From Acidobacteriaceae bacterium (GTDB taxonomy: Bacteria; Acidobacteriota; Terriglobia; Terriglobales; Acidobacteriaceae): DNA of 64,000 bases. This document shows positions 20,457 through 29,671 of the stretch, piece by piece. Under the pieces are notes generated by a model. It saw only the letters and a program-made list of their open reading frames with translations, had not been told where the DNA came from and made no database searches. A program made the translations under genes and the position numbers. Position 1 is the first letter of the stretch. The number at the start of each line of letters is the position of its first letter. The stretch covers positions 10,261 to 74,260 of the forward strand of contig PLOI01000133.1 in the NCBI GenBank assembly GCA_003142015.1, written 5' to 3'.

Positions 20457-21113
20457 TCAGTAGCTGAAGTCCGGCGAACTTCGCGGAAAGGATGATACCG
20501 CGGCGGTCTTCCGCTGAAATGCCGGCAAGGGCATCCGATCTGCCGGCTGAACGATTGCGTAGTGAATCGAACAGCGGCAATAGATGCAATCTATCTTGTG
20601 CTTCAGGTAGCCAGCGCCGAGAGTCTCCGGGAAAGTCCGCAGACACTCCGGGCAGGTGATCGTAACACACGCATCTGGGGAAAAGTCGTGAGTGTTGCGA
20701 TGAATCCAGAGAGGCGCGTCGGGGCTGGTGGGTGGGTGTGCATTCCGCTCCAACTGAGGCAGTGTCTCCATGATCCGCAAAAGAGCTGCGATGCTGCTGC
20801 CTTTTTGGAAATACGCATCGGCGGCAACGCCGGAAGGCACCTCGTCGCCGGTGAATGAGCCGCTCATGGCGATCGTCCGGATTGCGGGAAAGCGGCGCCG
20901 GATCACGGAGAGCAACTCGAAGCCGGACATACCGGGCATATTGAGATCGGAAAGAAGCAGCTCTGGAACTTCATTTCGTATCTCGCGCAATGCGGAGAAA
21001 CCGTCTTCGGCGGATCGCACACTGTACCCTATCTCAGTAAGCACCAGGGACAGCGCCTCTCGAATGGAAGACTCATCATCGACAATAAGCAGTGTTGCTG
21101 GCGTATTCGGCAT
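20457..21113 (-). CDS. Response regulator receiver with C-terminal Cys4 zinc-ribbon-like tail
   Basis: LIVDDE, LLSDLNMPG, IAMSG, YFQK; CPEC...CIYC. Confidence 0.85.
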   Translation of the reverse strand: MPNTPATLLIVDDESSIREALSLVLTEIGYSVRSAEDGFSALREIRNEVPELLLSDLNMPGMSGFELLSVIRRRFPAIRTIAMSGSFTGDEVPSGVAADAYFQKGSSIAALLRIMETLPQLERNAHPPTSPDAPLWIHRNTHDFSPDACVTITCPECLRTFPETLGAGYLKHKIDCIYCRCSIHYAIVQPADRMPLPAFQRKTAAVSSFPRSSPDFSY

Positions 21114-21181
21114 CTTTGACCTCTACTAAGAACTTCACATAGAGCAGTAGTGCGAGTATGCCATTCAGCAAACTGTACTTC

Positions 21182-21197
21182 TGGTCAATTTCGTACA
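21182..21197. promoter_or_regulatory. Putative Crp-family site TGGTC-aatttc-GTACA
   Basis: One mismatch to TGTNC-N6-GNACA; same offset (69 nt) from the start codon as the usp site. Confidence 0.45.
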
Positions 21198-21239
21198 GGG
21201 CTTGTGGGGGGGCGTTGGCCGGCTAGGATGGCCTCCTGG

Positions 21240-21968
21240 CTATATCGTTATAGCTGGCTTATCGGCGTTGTCGTCCGGCAAGTGATCGTGCAGAACTACG
21301 TTGAGCAGCGACCTGTGCACTCGGATGCGGTCTTTGTAGTTGATAAAGCCGAGCTCACGGAAGCGGTTCATGAAGAAGCTGACACGGGACCGGGTGGTGC
21401 CGATCATCTCCGCCAGTGCCTCCTGCGAAATCTTCGGAATCAATGTTTCCGGCTCGCCGGGCTTACCGAATTCGGCCATCAAAAGGAGAACTCTCGCCAG
21501 CCGTTTTTCGCTGGAGTTGAAAAGCTGGTCGACCAGATCGGCCTGAGTACGCATACTGCGGGCTAGGAGAAACTTCAGGAATAGATTTGAGAATTTCGGC
21601 TCCGCGTGTATTACGCGCGTCATCTCATCCCGCCCTATCCTGAGTGAGGTACAGGCGGTAACAGCCAAAGCAGTAGTCAACCGCAGCCCAGGCACTGTTG
21701 CCAGCGACTCTTCTCCGACGAAATCTCCGGGGGATAGCAGTGTGATCGTCGCCTCCTTACCGACTATTGAAACTACGGTAACCCTTGCGCGGCCTTTCTG
21801 AAGATAGAAGACAGAGTCCGCCGGATCTCCCTGCGAAAAGAAGGCTTGCTTTGGCTCTAGCTCAACAATTCTGCGCCCAAGGCCGGCATTGGCCAAAAAG
21901 GCAGCAGTATCGAAAGCGGGGTGAACAAAAGCGGGTTGTGCCAGAGCGAGGTGGGCAAGCTGAGCCAT
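21240..21968 (-). CDS. Crp/Fnr-family transcriptional regulator (paralog 1)
   Basis: cNMP-fold (FSQGDPADS, GDFVGE) plus HTH SQEALAEMIGTTRSRVSFFM; AAGGAGG RBS before ATG 21968. Confidence 0.92.
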   Translation of the reverse strand: MAQLAHLALAQPAFVHPAFDTAAFLANAGLGRRIVELEPKQAFFSQGDPADSVFYLQKGRARVTVVSIVGKEATITLLSPGDFVGEESLATVPGLRLTTALAVTACTSLRIGRDEMTRVIHAEPKFSNLFLKFLLARSMRTQADLVDQLFNSSEKRLARVLLLMAEFGKPGEPETLIPKISQEALAEMIGTTRSRVSFFMNRFRELGFINYKDRIRVHRSLLNVVLHDHLPDDNADKPAITI

Positions 21969-22194
21969 AGTCGAAGCCTCCTTCGGGCCGCAGTCTTCGC
22001 ATGAGAGGTTGGTGAAAAGCCCGCAGCCGCATATTCTTTGGCTGACATAAGACTGCAACGATGAGTGCGAGGCCGTCGTTGGAGCGAGACCTTGACCTTG
22101 CGGGAAATACGTGGGAAAGCGCGGATCTAAATCACACCGCGCCATGGAGAAACCTCACCGTAGTTATAAATTGCTTTGGATGGAGAGAGAAATC

Positions 22195-22210
22195 TGTTCC
22201 ATTTTGCACA
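22195..22210. promoter_or_regulatory. Putative Crp-family site TGTTC-catttt-GCACA
   Basis: In the divergent crp1 / SYLF intergenic region; 14 of 16 nt identical to the site upstream of crp2. Confidence 0.55.
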
Positions 22211-22383
22211 CAATCCGGCGAATATTTTCGAGACTGGACCGATTCGGCATCACGCTCCAATCATGCCGTGAGCGTTCTTGCTCAGACGGCATCATGCCAT
22301 GCCTCTAGTGTGGGAAGTACCTTGTGCGCCCCAGATGCGCGTAAAGCGAGTGACGCTGCGCATGGGTAGAAAAGGTGAGATGC

Positions 22384-23076
22384 ATGAAGAAACTTGTGAC
22401 GTTAGTGGCATTGTTCAGTCTAGGCGCGGCTACCGCCGCCTGGGCGGAAACTCGCGAAGAAGTACAGAACCGGCTGGATAATGCAGCGTTGGTGCTGCAC
22501 CAGATCATGGGCGCGCCGGATAGAGGCATTCCGGAAGAAGTACTGGATCACGCGCAGTGCGTGGCCATAGTGCCGCATATGATCAAGGCAGGATTAGTGT
22601 TTGGCGGGGAAAACGGCAAAGGCGTTGCCACATGCCGGACCGCAAACGGATGGAGCGCGCCAGCGTTCTTTGCCATTACCGGCGGCAGTTGGGGATTGCA
22701 GATCGGCGTCGAAGGCGTGGATCTGGTCATGATCTTCCAGGGTGACAGAGGAATGCAACGCCTGGAAAACGCCAAGTTCCAGATTGGTGCGGACGCCTCC
22801 GCGGCAGCCGGACCGGTGGGACGCCATGCCACTGCCGATACTGACTGGAAGCTGAATACCGAGATCCTTACCTACTCGCGAGCCAAAGGCGCCTTTGCCG
22901 GGCTCACGCTGACCGGGGCCGATATTCGCCGGGATGACAGTTCGATGGATACCTTCTACGGGCACGACGTCTCTTCACACCGCGTTCTGCACGGCGAAGT
23001 TGCGACGCCCGCCGCTGCAAACAGGTTCATCGACGCAGTCAGAGGGGCAAAAGAGAAGGCCCATGCTGCAAACTAG
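22384..23076 (+). CDS. Lipid-binding SYLF (Ysc84) domain protein, exported
   Basis: Signal peptide; GWSAPAF, GGSWGLQIG, AAAGPVGR, YSRAKGAFAG. Confidence 0.9.
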   Translation: MKKLVTLVALFSLGAATAAWAETREEVQNRLDNAALVLHQIMGAPDRGIPEEVLDHAQCVAIVPHMIKAGLVFGGENGKGVATCRTANGWSAPAFFAITGGSWGLQIGVEGVDLVMIFQGDRGMQRLENAKFQIGADASAAAGPVGRHATADTDWKLNTEILTYSRAKGAFAGLTLTGADIRRDDSSMDTFYGHDVSSHRVLHGEVATPAAANRFIDAVRGAKEKAHAAN

Positions 23077-23162
23077 CAGCAGCTAACCCGTCGTGAATAT
23101 ATTGCGGGCGCCTCAGGCAGCTCTCAGGTCTCGGGCGCCAGCAACGTGGAGAAGGAGTAACT

Positions 23163-23309
23163 ATGCTTTGGGCAATCTTTGTCGTGATTCTGGTTTTGTG
23201 GCTCCTGGGTTTCAGCTTTCACATTGCCGGTGGTCTTATTCATCTTTTGCTGGTGCTCGCGTTAATCATCCTGGTCTTCAACCTGGTATCTGGGCGACGG
23301 GGTATTTGA
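23163..23309 (+). CDS. lmo0937-family small membrane protein (48 aa, absent from the ORF track)
   Basis: Manual translation MLWAIFVVILVLWLLGFSFHIAGGLIHLLLVLALIILVFNLVSGRRGI*; AAGGAG RBS. Confidence 0.88.
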   Translation: MLWAIFVVILVLWLLGFSFHIAGGLIHLLLVLALIILVFNLVSGRRGI

Positions 23310-23603
23310 GGCAGCTAAAGCAACGGCGGCATAAAACCTGGGTCCAACGTGGATCCTTTCGCTGCCGAAAGCCATGAGCCTGGAAAGAGCTAGACGCATT
23401 AACAACCTGAATGAATCAACAACTTAGCAAATCTGTTGTTAATTCTGGACTAAAGTGTCTAGGTACTCAAGTCGCCGCAGTTCCTTCCAGGCTCATTCCA
23501 AGTCTGAACCGCCGCTTGCTTCGGAAGCCGATCCGTGAACATTCCCCCATCCACTGAAAAATAATCATTCGGTGACTATACAGAATTCTCCCGCTGCAGG
23601 TCG

Positions 23604-23867
23604 CTATAGCAGCGCCCACTCGGCAAAGGCCTTGTCATGAGTGATGCGATAGTGCTGGGAGTAGCCCCAGACGGCCTTGCTCCAGCCGTCGTATTGCTGC
23701 GGCTTGGAGAGAAAATTGCCGTCGGGCTTTTGCGATTTGGCGAAGAATTCGAGCGTCTGCCGGGCGATCTCAGGGTAGCTGGTCACGTCGTAACTGTGCG
23801 CGATGTCAGCGCCGTCGCGGAGATAGAAGGAGTGGTAGTGGAGTTTATTGACCGTCTGCCGGGAGAC
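23604..23867 (-). pseudogene. Internal fragment of a probable (alpha/alpha)6 glycoside hydrolase
   Basis: Open frame QTVNKLHYHSFYLRDGADIAHSYDVTSYPEIARQTLEFFAKSQKPDGNF..., bounded by stops, no proper 5' start; coding-like codon usage. Confidence 0.55.
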
Positions 23868-23885
23868 TTATAGGCGGTCCGTCCC

Positions 23886-25058
23886 TCACACCTTGATGAA
23901 GATCTTTTTGCGGTAGAGCACCCACACCGGAATAAAGCAAAGCGCAAGAATCGAGACCGAGTAAGCAAACGCGGCCCAGCCGGGGCCGGGAATGTGCGCG
24001 AAGACGTGGATGAAGACCCAGGCCAGTGCGTTGGTCCGCCGTCCGCCGGCCGTGAAACGAATGTTATCGAGGGCACTGGGGACCAGTTCGCTGAACATGT
24101 AGGCCGCGATGGCGTTCGATCCCAACACCAGCCAGGGCCAGGTCCAGCGCTTGCGCCAGCCATGCACGTCGGCAGCCCAGAAGGCCAACGCGAGCACGGC
24201 CAGCGACCAGCCGGCCGCCACCAGCACATAGGAACTGGTCCACAAGTTTTTATTGAGCGGGAACCAAATAGACCAGAGGTAGCCCGTGGCGAGGCAGGCC
24301 AGTGCTCCGGCGGCCAACCCCAGCGCCTTGGCGGCAAGTGGTTTGCGCGTGCGCAGCCACAGGCCGGTCAACAATCCCAGCAGCGTAGTGCCCAAGGCAG
24401 GCAAGGTACTGAGCAGTCCCTCGGGATCGCTCAGGTTGTAGGCCGGCGCTTCAAGATAGAGGTGATGGGGCATCAAATGGCGGTCGATCCAGGAGACCAG
24501 ATTCAAACTTTGATCCATGAAGGGAATTTCCTGGCCCGGCATCCCTGCGCCGGGCACGGGAACCCAGCGGAGCAGAATCCAGTAGCCAACGAGCGCTGCC
24601 ACCAGCGCCGCGACTTTGGTCCATACGCGCTTGTCCCACAGGTAAAAGAGGCCAACCAGAAGATAGCAGAGGGCGATGCGCTGCAGGACGCCATAGATGC
24701 GCAGGTTAGCCAGTTCGAAGAATGGAAAGCCGTTGACCACGACGCCGAGCAGGAAGAGAATCGCGGCTCGTTGCAGTGTGTGGCAGGCCAACTGGGCGCG
24801 CGTGGCGCCGCGGGCCAGGCGGGCGTCAAAGGCATACGCTATCGAGGCTCCCACCACAAACACAAAGGTCGGAAAGACCAGGTCCGTGGGCGTCAGGCCG
24901 TTCCATTGGGCGTGATTCATAAAGCCCCACGAGCCAGGACCTCCGTTGTTGTTCACCATAATCATGAAGGCGATGGTGATGCCGCGCAATACGTCCAGCG
25001 ACAGCAGACGCTGGATGGGCGCCGGTGCCGGCGAAGGGTTAGTCATTGCGTCTTTCAT
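23886..25058 (-). CDS. Heparan-alpha-glucosaminide N-acetyltransferase-like membrane acyltransferase (NagX-like)
   Basis: RLLSLDVLRG, DLVFPTF, GVLQRIA, DPEGLLS, PLNKNLWTSSY. Confidence 0.88.
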   Translation of the reverse strand: MKDAMTNPSPAPAPIQRLLSLDVLRGITIAFMIMVNNNGGPGSWGFMNHAQWNGLTPTDLVFPTFVFVVGASIAYAFDARLARGATRAQLACHTLQRAAILFLLGVVVNGFPFFELANLRIYGVLQRIALCYLLVGLFYLWDKRVWTKVAALVAALVGYWILLRWVPVPGAGMPGQEIPFMDQSLNLVSWIDRHLMPHHLYLEAPAYNLSDPEGLLSTLPALGTTLLGLLTGLWLRTRKPLAAKALGLAAGALACLATGYLWSIWFPLNKNLWTSSYVLVAAGWSLAVLALAFWAADVHGWRKRWTWPWLVLGSNAIAAYMFSELVPSALDNIRFTAGGRRTNALAWVFIHVFAHIPGPGWAAFAYSVSILALCFIPVWVLYRKKIFIKV

Positions 25059-25348
25059 TCTACGGTTTCCCAGTTTTCATAATAGCTCTACCGGATTGTC
25101 AAAAAAATGACCGCTACGACACGCCACTCTCGCGGCGTAATGTGAACTATTTCCTGCTCTGGCGCTCATATTTCAGCCACGATGGCTCTGCGTCAGCCAA
25201 GACGCACGCGAGGTGCAAAACAATGCCTTCTATATGGTCCAGGCCGCGCAGGACACAGGGTTTGAAACGCACGCTGCCTTCATTTCCGCATTTGTTTGAA
25301 TTTGCATCAGATGGGGTTTCCAAATTTACCCTAAACTATTGATTCTAA

Positions 25349-25423
25349 TGGTGGGCGCTGCAGGATTCGAACCTGCGACTTCCACCGTGTGAAGGTGGCA
25401 CTCTACCGCTGAGTTAAGCGCCC
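25349..25423 (-). tRNA. tRNA-Val(CAC)
   Basis: Reverse complement GGGCGCTTAACTCAGCGGTAGAGTGCCACC-TTCACAC-GGTGG...GGTTCGAATCC...GCGCCCACCA; cloverleaf with encoded CCA. Confidence 0.97.
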
Positions 25424-25815
25424 CTTTGCGAACGCTGGCGAGGCTGGCAATGTGACAAGCCAGTGGGGCATCCCGTAGGTTAGAGTAACACCAGCGGGGC
25501 TTTACGGCCAACCCTGGCGGCCAGATCGGGCCAGCCGGAACTCGCGCTCAACCACAGATGAGCTGGAAATCCAGATCAATCCGACCAGCAGCCGATTCCG
25601 CCTCTGACGGCGAGGCCATTTTGTGCCCGGCTCCGGGGATCGCTGGTCCGGGTCTGTGCGCTTCGGGCCTTCCAGCGGCGGGTTTTACGGCTGTGTTGGC
25701 CAGAGACGACGGCAACCGCCCCGGCGCGCGCCCAGGCCAGCCGGCGGACGGGGTTTTCGACCCGGGAACTGCTCCTTCGGCGCAACATTCCGGCCCGGAT
25801 GGGGTTCCAGAGGAT

Positions 25816-26490
25816 ATGGCAACCCTGGTCCTGGACAACCCGCTTCTGGGAGCGGACCCGGCTAAGCGGCCGGACCGGCAGCCAGGAACGGCCGGCGGCC
25901 CGAGCGCGGTCAGCCTCGATCCCTCCAGTGACGCGGCCATCATGCTGCGCGCGGCGGCGGGCGACGAAGCGGGATTCAGTTATCTGGCCCAGAAATATCA
26001 CCGGCCCATCATCCACTTTCTTTTCCGGATGGTGCGCAACCAGGCCATTGCCGAAGAGTTGGCGCAGGAGGTTTTTCTGCGCGTTTACCGCTCCAGGGAG
26101 AGCTACCGGGCCGAGGCCAAGTTCACCACATGGCTCTACCGGATTGCCACCAACCTGGCGGTGAACCACGCGCGCGACACCCGCCACGAACGGGCCGCAC
26201 GGAATGTTTATCTGGACGCCCCGGACGAGGAAACCGGCACCACGCCGGATGTGGCCGACGAAGGGCTTTCGGCGGAGCAGAGCCTTCTGCGTGCAGAGCG
26301 CATGAAGGCCATTCGCACGCATGTAATGGCTCTGCCGGAACGGCAGCGGATGGCCGTTCTGATGCACAAGTACCAGGGGATGGACTATCGCGAGATCGGC
26401 GAGGTGCTGAAGCTGAGCGAGTCGGCAATCAAGTCGCTGCTCTTCCGCGCCTACCAGACGCTGAGGGACAAGTTGAAGGATTTTGTTTGA
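25816..26490 (+). CDS. ECF sigma-70 factor
   Basis: AEELAQEVFLRVY, FTTWLYRIATN, LPERQR, AIKSLLFRA; start set at ATG 25816 behind AGAGGA. Confidence 0.92.
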   Translation: MATLVLDNPLLGADPAKRPDRQPGTAGGPSAVSLDPSSDAAIMLRAAAGDEAGFSYLAQKYHRPIIHFLFRMVRNQAIAEELAQEVFLRVYRSRESYRAEAKFTTWLYRIATNLAVNHARDTRHERAARNVYLDAPDEETGTTPDVADEGLSAEQSLLRAERMKAIRTHVMALPERQRMAVLMHKYQGMDYREIGEVLKLSESAIKSLLFRAYQTLRDKLKDFV

Positions 26491-26544
26491 GCTTGATTGA
26501 AATGGACGGGCCGGGCGTGACCGGCGAGAAATGGGGTGGTACCG

Positions 26545-27054
26545 ATGAAAGGGACCAACAAAAATTGCGCGGAAGTGGACGCCAGGCTGGCAAGCCTGCT
26601 GCTTGATCCGGCTGCTGCGCCTGCCGCTATGCCGGCCAAGCTTCAAATGCATCTCGGCGAGTGTGACCGCTGCCGCCGCGAGTTGGATGAACTGCGGGCA
26701 ACCATGGCGCTCCTCGATACCTGGAAAGCCCCGGAGCCGAACCCTTATTTCCTCACCCGGCTCGAGGCGCGCCTACGCGAAGAGCGCGAGGCTGAGCCGG
26801 AGGGCTGGTACGCCCGTCTGCGCGTCCGCTTCGCATTCGGACCGCAGACCCATGTTCGCCCGTTGGCGGCCATGGCGATGACCGTCGTTCTGTTGCTTGG
26901 CGGCGGAACCTATCTGGGCATATCCGACTGGAACCAACCGCCGGCCCCTCCAAATCAGGCTGCCGTGGTGCATGACCTGCAAACCATGGATAACAACGCC
27001 CAACTGCTGGACCAGTTGGAGGATCTTTCCAGCACCAACTCGAGTGCGGAGTAG
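26545..27054 (+). CDS. Membrane-anchored zinc anti-sigma factor
   Basis: HLGECDRC (HxxxCxxC) followed by one TM segment; directly after the ECF sigma. Confidence 0.85.
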   Translation: MKGTNKNCAEVDARLASLLLDPAAAPAAMPAKLQMHLGECDRCRRELDELRATMALLDTWKAPEPNPYFLTRLEARLREEREAEPEGWYARLRVRFAFGPQTHVRPLAAMAMTVVLLLGGGTYLGISDWNQPPAPPNQAAVVHDLQTMDNNAQLLDQLEDLSSTNSSAE

Positions 27055-27085
27055 CTTCCTGATCAGCGGCGGAAAACGAGAAAGA

Positions 27086-27847
27086 ATGCCGACCGGAATA
27101 CACAATGCGGGACAAATTGGCCGCGCAGGCATGGCTGCGGCAGCCGTGGTTTTTTGTGTGACGGCGTCGTGGGCTTACGGCCAGCACCCCAGCGGACCGG
27201 CAGCTCGACCGCAGACCTCCCGCCCCCAGTCCTCCTGGCCGCGGAACCAGGGACAGACCGGCGCGCAAACCCAGGGACGGCCGCGAGCCAACGTCCCGCA
27301 CGGCGTGGCGCCCGGCTACCCTGCGCCCCGCTCCGGCTATCCCGGTCCGCCCTACATCGGTCCTAGCTATGCTCGTCCCGTTTATCCGGGATTTGCCCCG
27401 CCCGTTCAAGGCCCGCCGGGCCATCTGGGCGACTGGCTCAATCAGCACCGCAACCTTCCCGCCCAGGAGCAGGAGCGGATGCTGCGCGGCGACCCCAACT
27501 TCCGCCGGCTTCCCCCTGCCGAGCAGCAGCGGGTGGTGCGGCAATTGCATCAGGTAAACCAGTTGTCCGAGGAGCAGCGGCAGCGCCGCCTGGCCCGCAG
27601 CGAGATGATCGAGCATCTGCCCCCGCAGGAACAGATGCGGATCAACCTCTCCGCGCGCCGTTGGGCCACCCTGCCCGTAGACCGCCAGGCGATGATGAAG
27701 CGCGCCTTCCAGGATCTGCGCGCGGTTCCCCTGGAGAAGCGTCCGACGGTACTCAACTCTGCACGTTACCAGGACGCCTTTACCCCCGAGGAACGCGGCA
27801 TCCTCTCTGACATGCTGCAAGTCGAGCCTTACCAGCCCACTCGCTGA
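27086..27847 (+). CDS. DUF3106-like exported helical-repeat protein with Pro-rich N-terminus
   Basis: Signal peptide; repeated LPxxEQ units (NLPAQEQ, RLPPAEQ, QLSEEQ, HLPPQEQ). Confidence 0.72.
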   Translation: MPTGIHNAGQIGRAGMAAAAVVFCVTASWAYGQHPSGPAARPQTSRPQSSWPRNQGQTGAQTQGRPRANVPHGVAPGYPAPRSGYPGPPYIGPSYARPVYPGFAPPVQGPPGHLGDWLNQHRNLPAQEQERMLRGDPNFRRLPPAEQQRVVRQLHQVNQLSEEQRQRRLARSEMIEHLPPQEQMRINLSARRWATLPVDRQAMMKRAFQDLRAVPLEKRPTVLNSARYQDAFTPEERGILSDMLQVEPYQPTR

Positions 27848-27866
27848 GCGAGCAATTTAGATAGAT

Positions 27867-27913
27867 GGGTGCCCCACCTTCGGCACGTCTTTGTTTTTGT
27901 GCCTAAGGTGGGA
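27867..27913 (+). repeat. REP-like hairpin, copy 1
   Basis: GGGTGC-cccaccttcggcac-[T-rich loop]-gtgcctaaggtggg-A. Confidence 0.8.
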
Positions 27914-27981
27914 TACCTATAACTACAGCTCTTTATAGCCTCTTGTTTCTCCGGCAAAAGACCGCCGCCTGAAAACCAGCC

Positions 27982-28695
27982 TCAGTCCGCCACCATGCAC
28001 TCTCCCGGCAGAATCGGCCTCGTTCGCGGCAGCATTCCGCGATAGGCAAAGCTGCCCATCAGCGCAAGCATTCCCACGAACGCTCCCAGCTTCACCCAGC
28101 TTGTCGCGCCGGTTTGCGGCAGCACTTTCCACAGCACCAGCAGCATGGTCTGCGCCGCCGTCACCGCCCAGACCGTGCCGTAGAAGTAGCGCCGGTGCGT
28201 CCCTTCTTTCCTGGTCGAGGACTCCACGCGCGGCAGCTTACCCAGCGCGCCCAGCAGCAGAATCACCGCGGCCAGCGGCAGGTAAGCATAGGTGTAAATC
28301 TGCTTCATCTGCCAGACGCCTGTCACGGCGGCAATCAACAAACCGGTCAGGTTCAGCAGCGCATAGCTCAAGGCGGCATTCCACGCAAAGGTGTAGCAGA
28401 CCCGCCGGTAGAGCGGATTCGGCTTGTCCTCGTCGAACCGCAGAATATACGGCCCCGGCTCGGCGCCCGGCAGCCGCCCGCGCAGAGCAGCCACGCCTGT
28501 GCCCGCCAGTACTAATCCCAGCCACAGCGAGTTGCGCCAGGTGAACCCATGCGCAAAGAGTGAGAATGTCAGTGGCCCAGGCGCCAAAAAGAAGACCCAG
28601 ATCCAGATCGGCCAATGCGCCAACCGGTAGAGGCGCGTATTCCGTGTACGCATCTTCCGCTGCTGTGCATATTCCACTTTCCCTCTGTATCCCAT
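27982..28695 (-). CDS. Hypothetical multi-pass membrane protein
   Basis: 237-aa ORF with about six hydrophobic segments and GC-rich codon usage; no family recognised. Confidence 0.75.
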   Translation of the reverse strand: MGYRGKVEYAQQRKMRTRNTRLYRLAHWPIWIWVFFLAPGPLTFSLFAHGFTWRNSLWLGLVLAGTGVAALRGRLPGAEPGPYILRFDEDKPNPLYRRVCYTFAWNAALSYALLNLTGLLIAAVTGVWQMKQIYTYAYLPLAAVILLLGALGKLPRVESSTRKEGTHRRYFYGTVWAVTAAQTMLLVLWKVLPQTGATSWVKLGAFVGMLALMGSFAYRGMLPRTRPILPGECMVAD

Positions 28696-28777
28696 GCGCG
28701 CAAGTCTCGCAGAGCCGCCGCAGGCGCGTCAATCCGCAAGAAACTTTCAAAAAACTGCCCCAATTCTTGCGAATAGT

Positions 28778-28793
28778 TGTATCATTTTGCACA
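28778..28793. promoter_or_regulatory. Putative Crp-family site TGTAT-catttt-GCACA
   Basis: Upstream of crp2; near-identical to 22195-22210. Confidence 0.55.
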
Positions 28794-28914
28794 GTCGGGC
28801 TGGCGAGCTGAGAATCCCGGCTACCTCAAATCTGAAGCGGCCGCGTAAATTTCCGAACTGCTCCCGTAGAGACCGCATCCGGGACGGGCCATTGAATCGG
28901 CGGAGGTGAGAAGC

Positions 28915-29649
28915 ATGACCTTCAATCTCGCCGCCTTTCTGGAAGAAGCTGGAGTGGGACGAAAGGTCGTCCATTTGCAGCCCAAACAAGTCTTCTTTTC
29001 ACAGGGAGATGCGGCTGACTCCATCTTCTATCTTCGGACGGGCCGCGCAAAACTCACAGTCGTTTCGCCGGAAGGCAAGGAGGCCACGGTCGCGCTTCTC
29101 TCTGCCGGGGAATTCATTGGAGAGGAGTCGCTGGCCAGCGTGGGCGCGCTGCATTTGGCAACTGCCACGGCCATTGTCGTTTGTACCGCGCTCGAGATCG
29201 CAAGGGAGGAGATGATCCGCGTGATGCACGAGGAGCATTCCTTCTCCGATATGTACCTGAAATTCCTGCTGGCCCGTAGTATGCGCACTCAGGCCGATCT
29301 TGTCGATCAGCTTTTCAGCTCTAGCGAGAAGCGTCTGGCGAGAATCCTTCTCTTGATGGCCGAATTTGGCGGACCGGGTGAACCGGAACCCCTGATTCCT
29401 CCCATCACGCAGGAAACTCTGGCGGAGATGATCGGCACCACCCGATCCCGCGTCAGCTTCTTCATGAATCGCTTTCGCAAACTCGGCCTCATCGAATACA
29501 ACGGCCGCATCCGGGTCCATAAGTCGCTGATCAATGTCATTCTGCACGATCAGTTCACCGGAAGTAACCCCGAAAATTTCTCCGAATCTCCCAAGCTCTC
29601 CGCCGCTCCACGAATCCGATCAAAGCCGGATCGGCAACGGGCAGCCTGA
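28915..29649 (+). CDS. Crp/Fnr-family transcriptional regulator (paralog 2)
   Basis: Highly similar to 21240-21968; HTH TQETLAEMIGTTRSRVSFFM; GGAGGTG RBS. Confidence 0.92.
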   Translation: MTFNLAAFLEEAGVGRKVVHLQPKQVFFSQGDAADSIFYLRTGRAKLTVVSPEGKEATVALLSAGEFIGEESLASVGALHLATATAIVVCTALEIAREEMIRVMHEEHSFSDMYLKFLLARSMRTQADLVDQLFSSSEKRLARILLLMAEFGGPGEPEPLIPPITQETLAEMIGTTRSRVSFFMNRFRKLGLIEYNGRIRVHKSLINVILHDQFTGSNPENFSESPKLSAAPRIRSKPDRQRAA

Positions 29650-29671
29650 GTGTGAAGGCGCGCGATGCCAC

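Noticed and set aside
22263-22292. Hairpin atgccgt-gagc...gctc-ag-acggcat upstream of the SYLF gene
   Set aside because: Short, single occurrence, no U-tract; function cannot be supported.
25558-25815. Long N-terminal extension on the first ECF sigma (likewise 51324-51701 on the second)
   Set aside because: Low-complexity GC-rich read-through of promoter DNA; no domain evidence.
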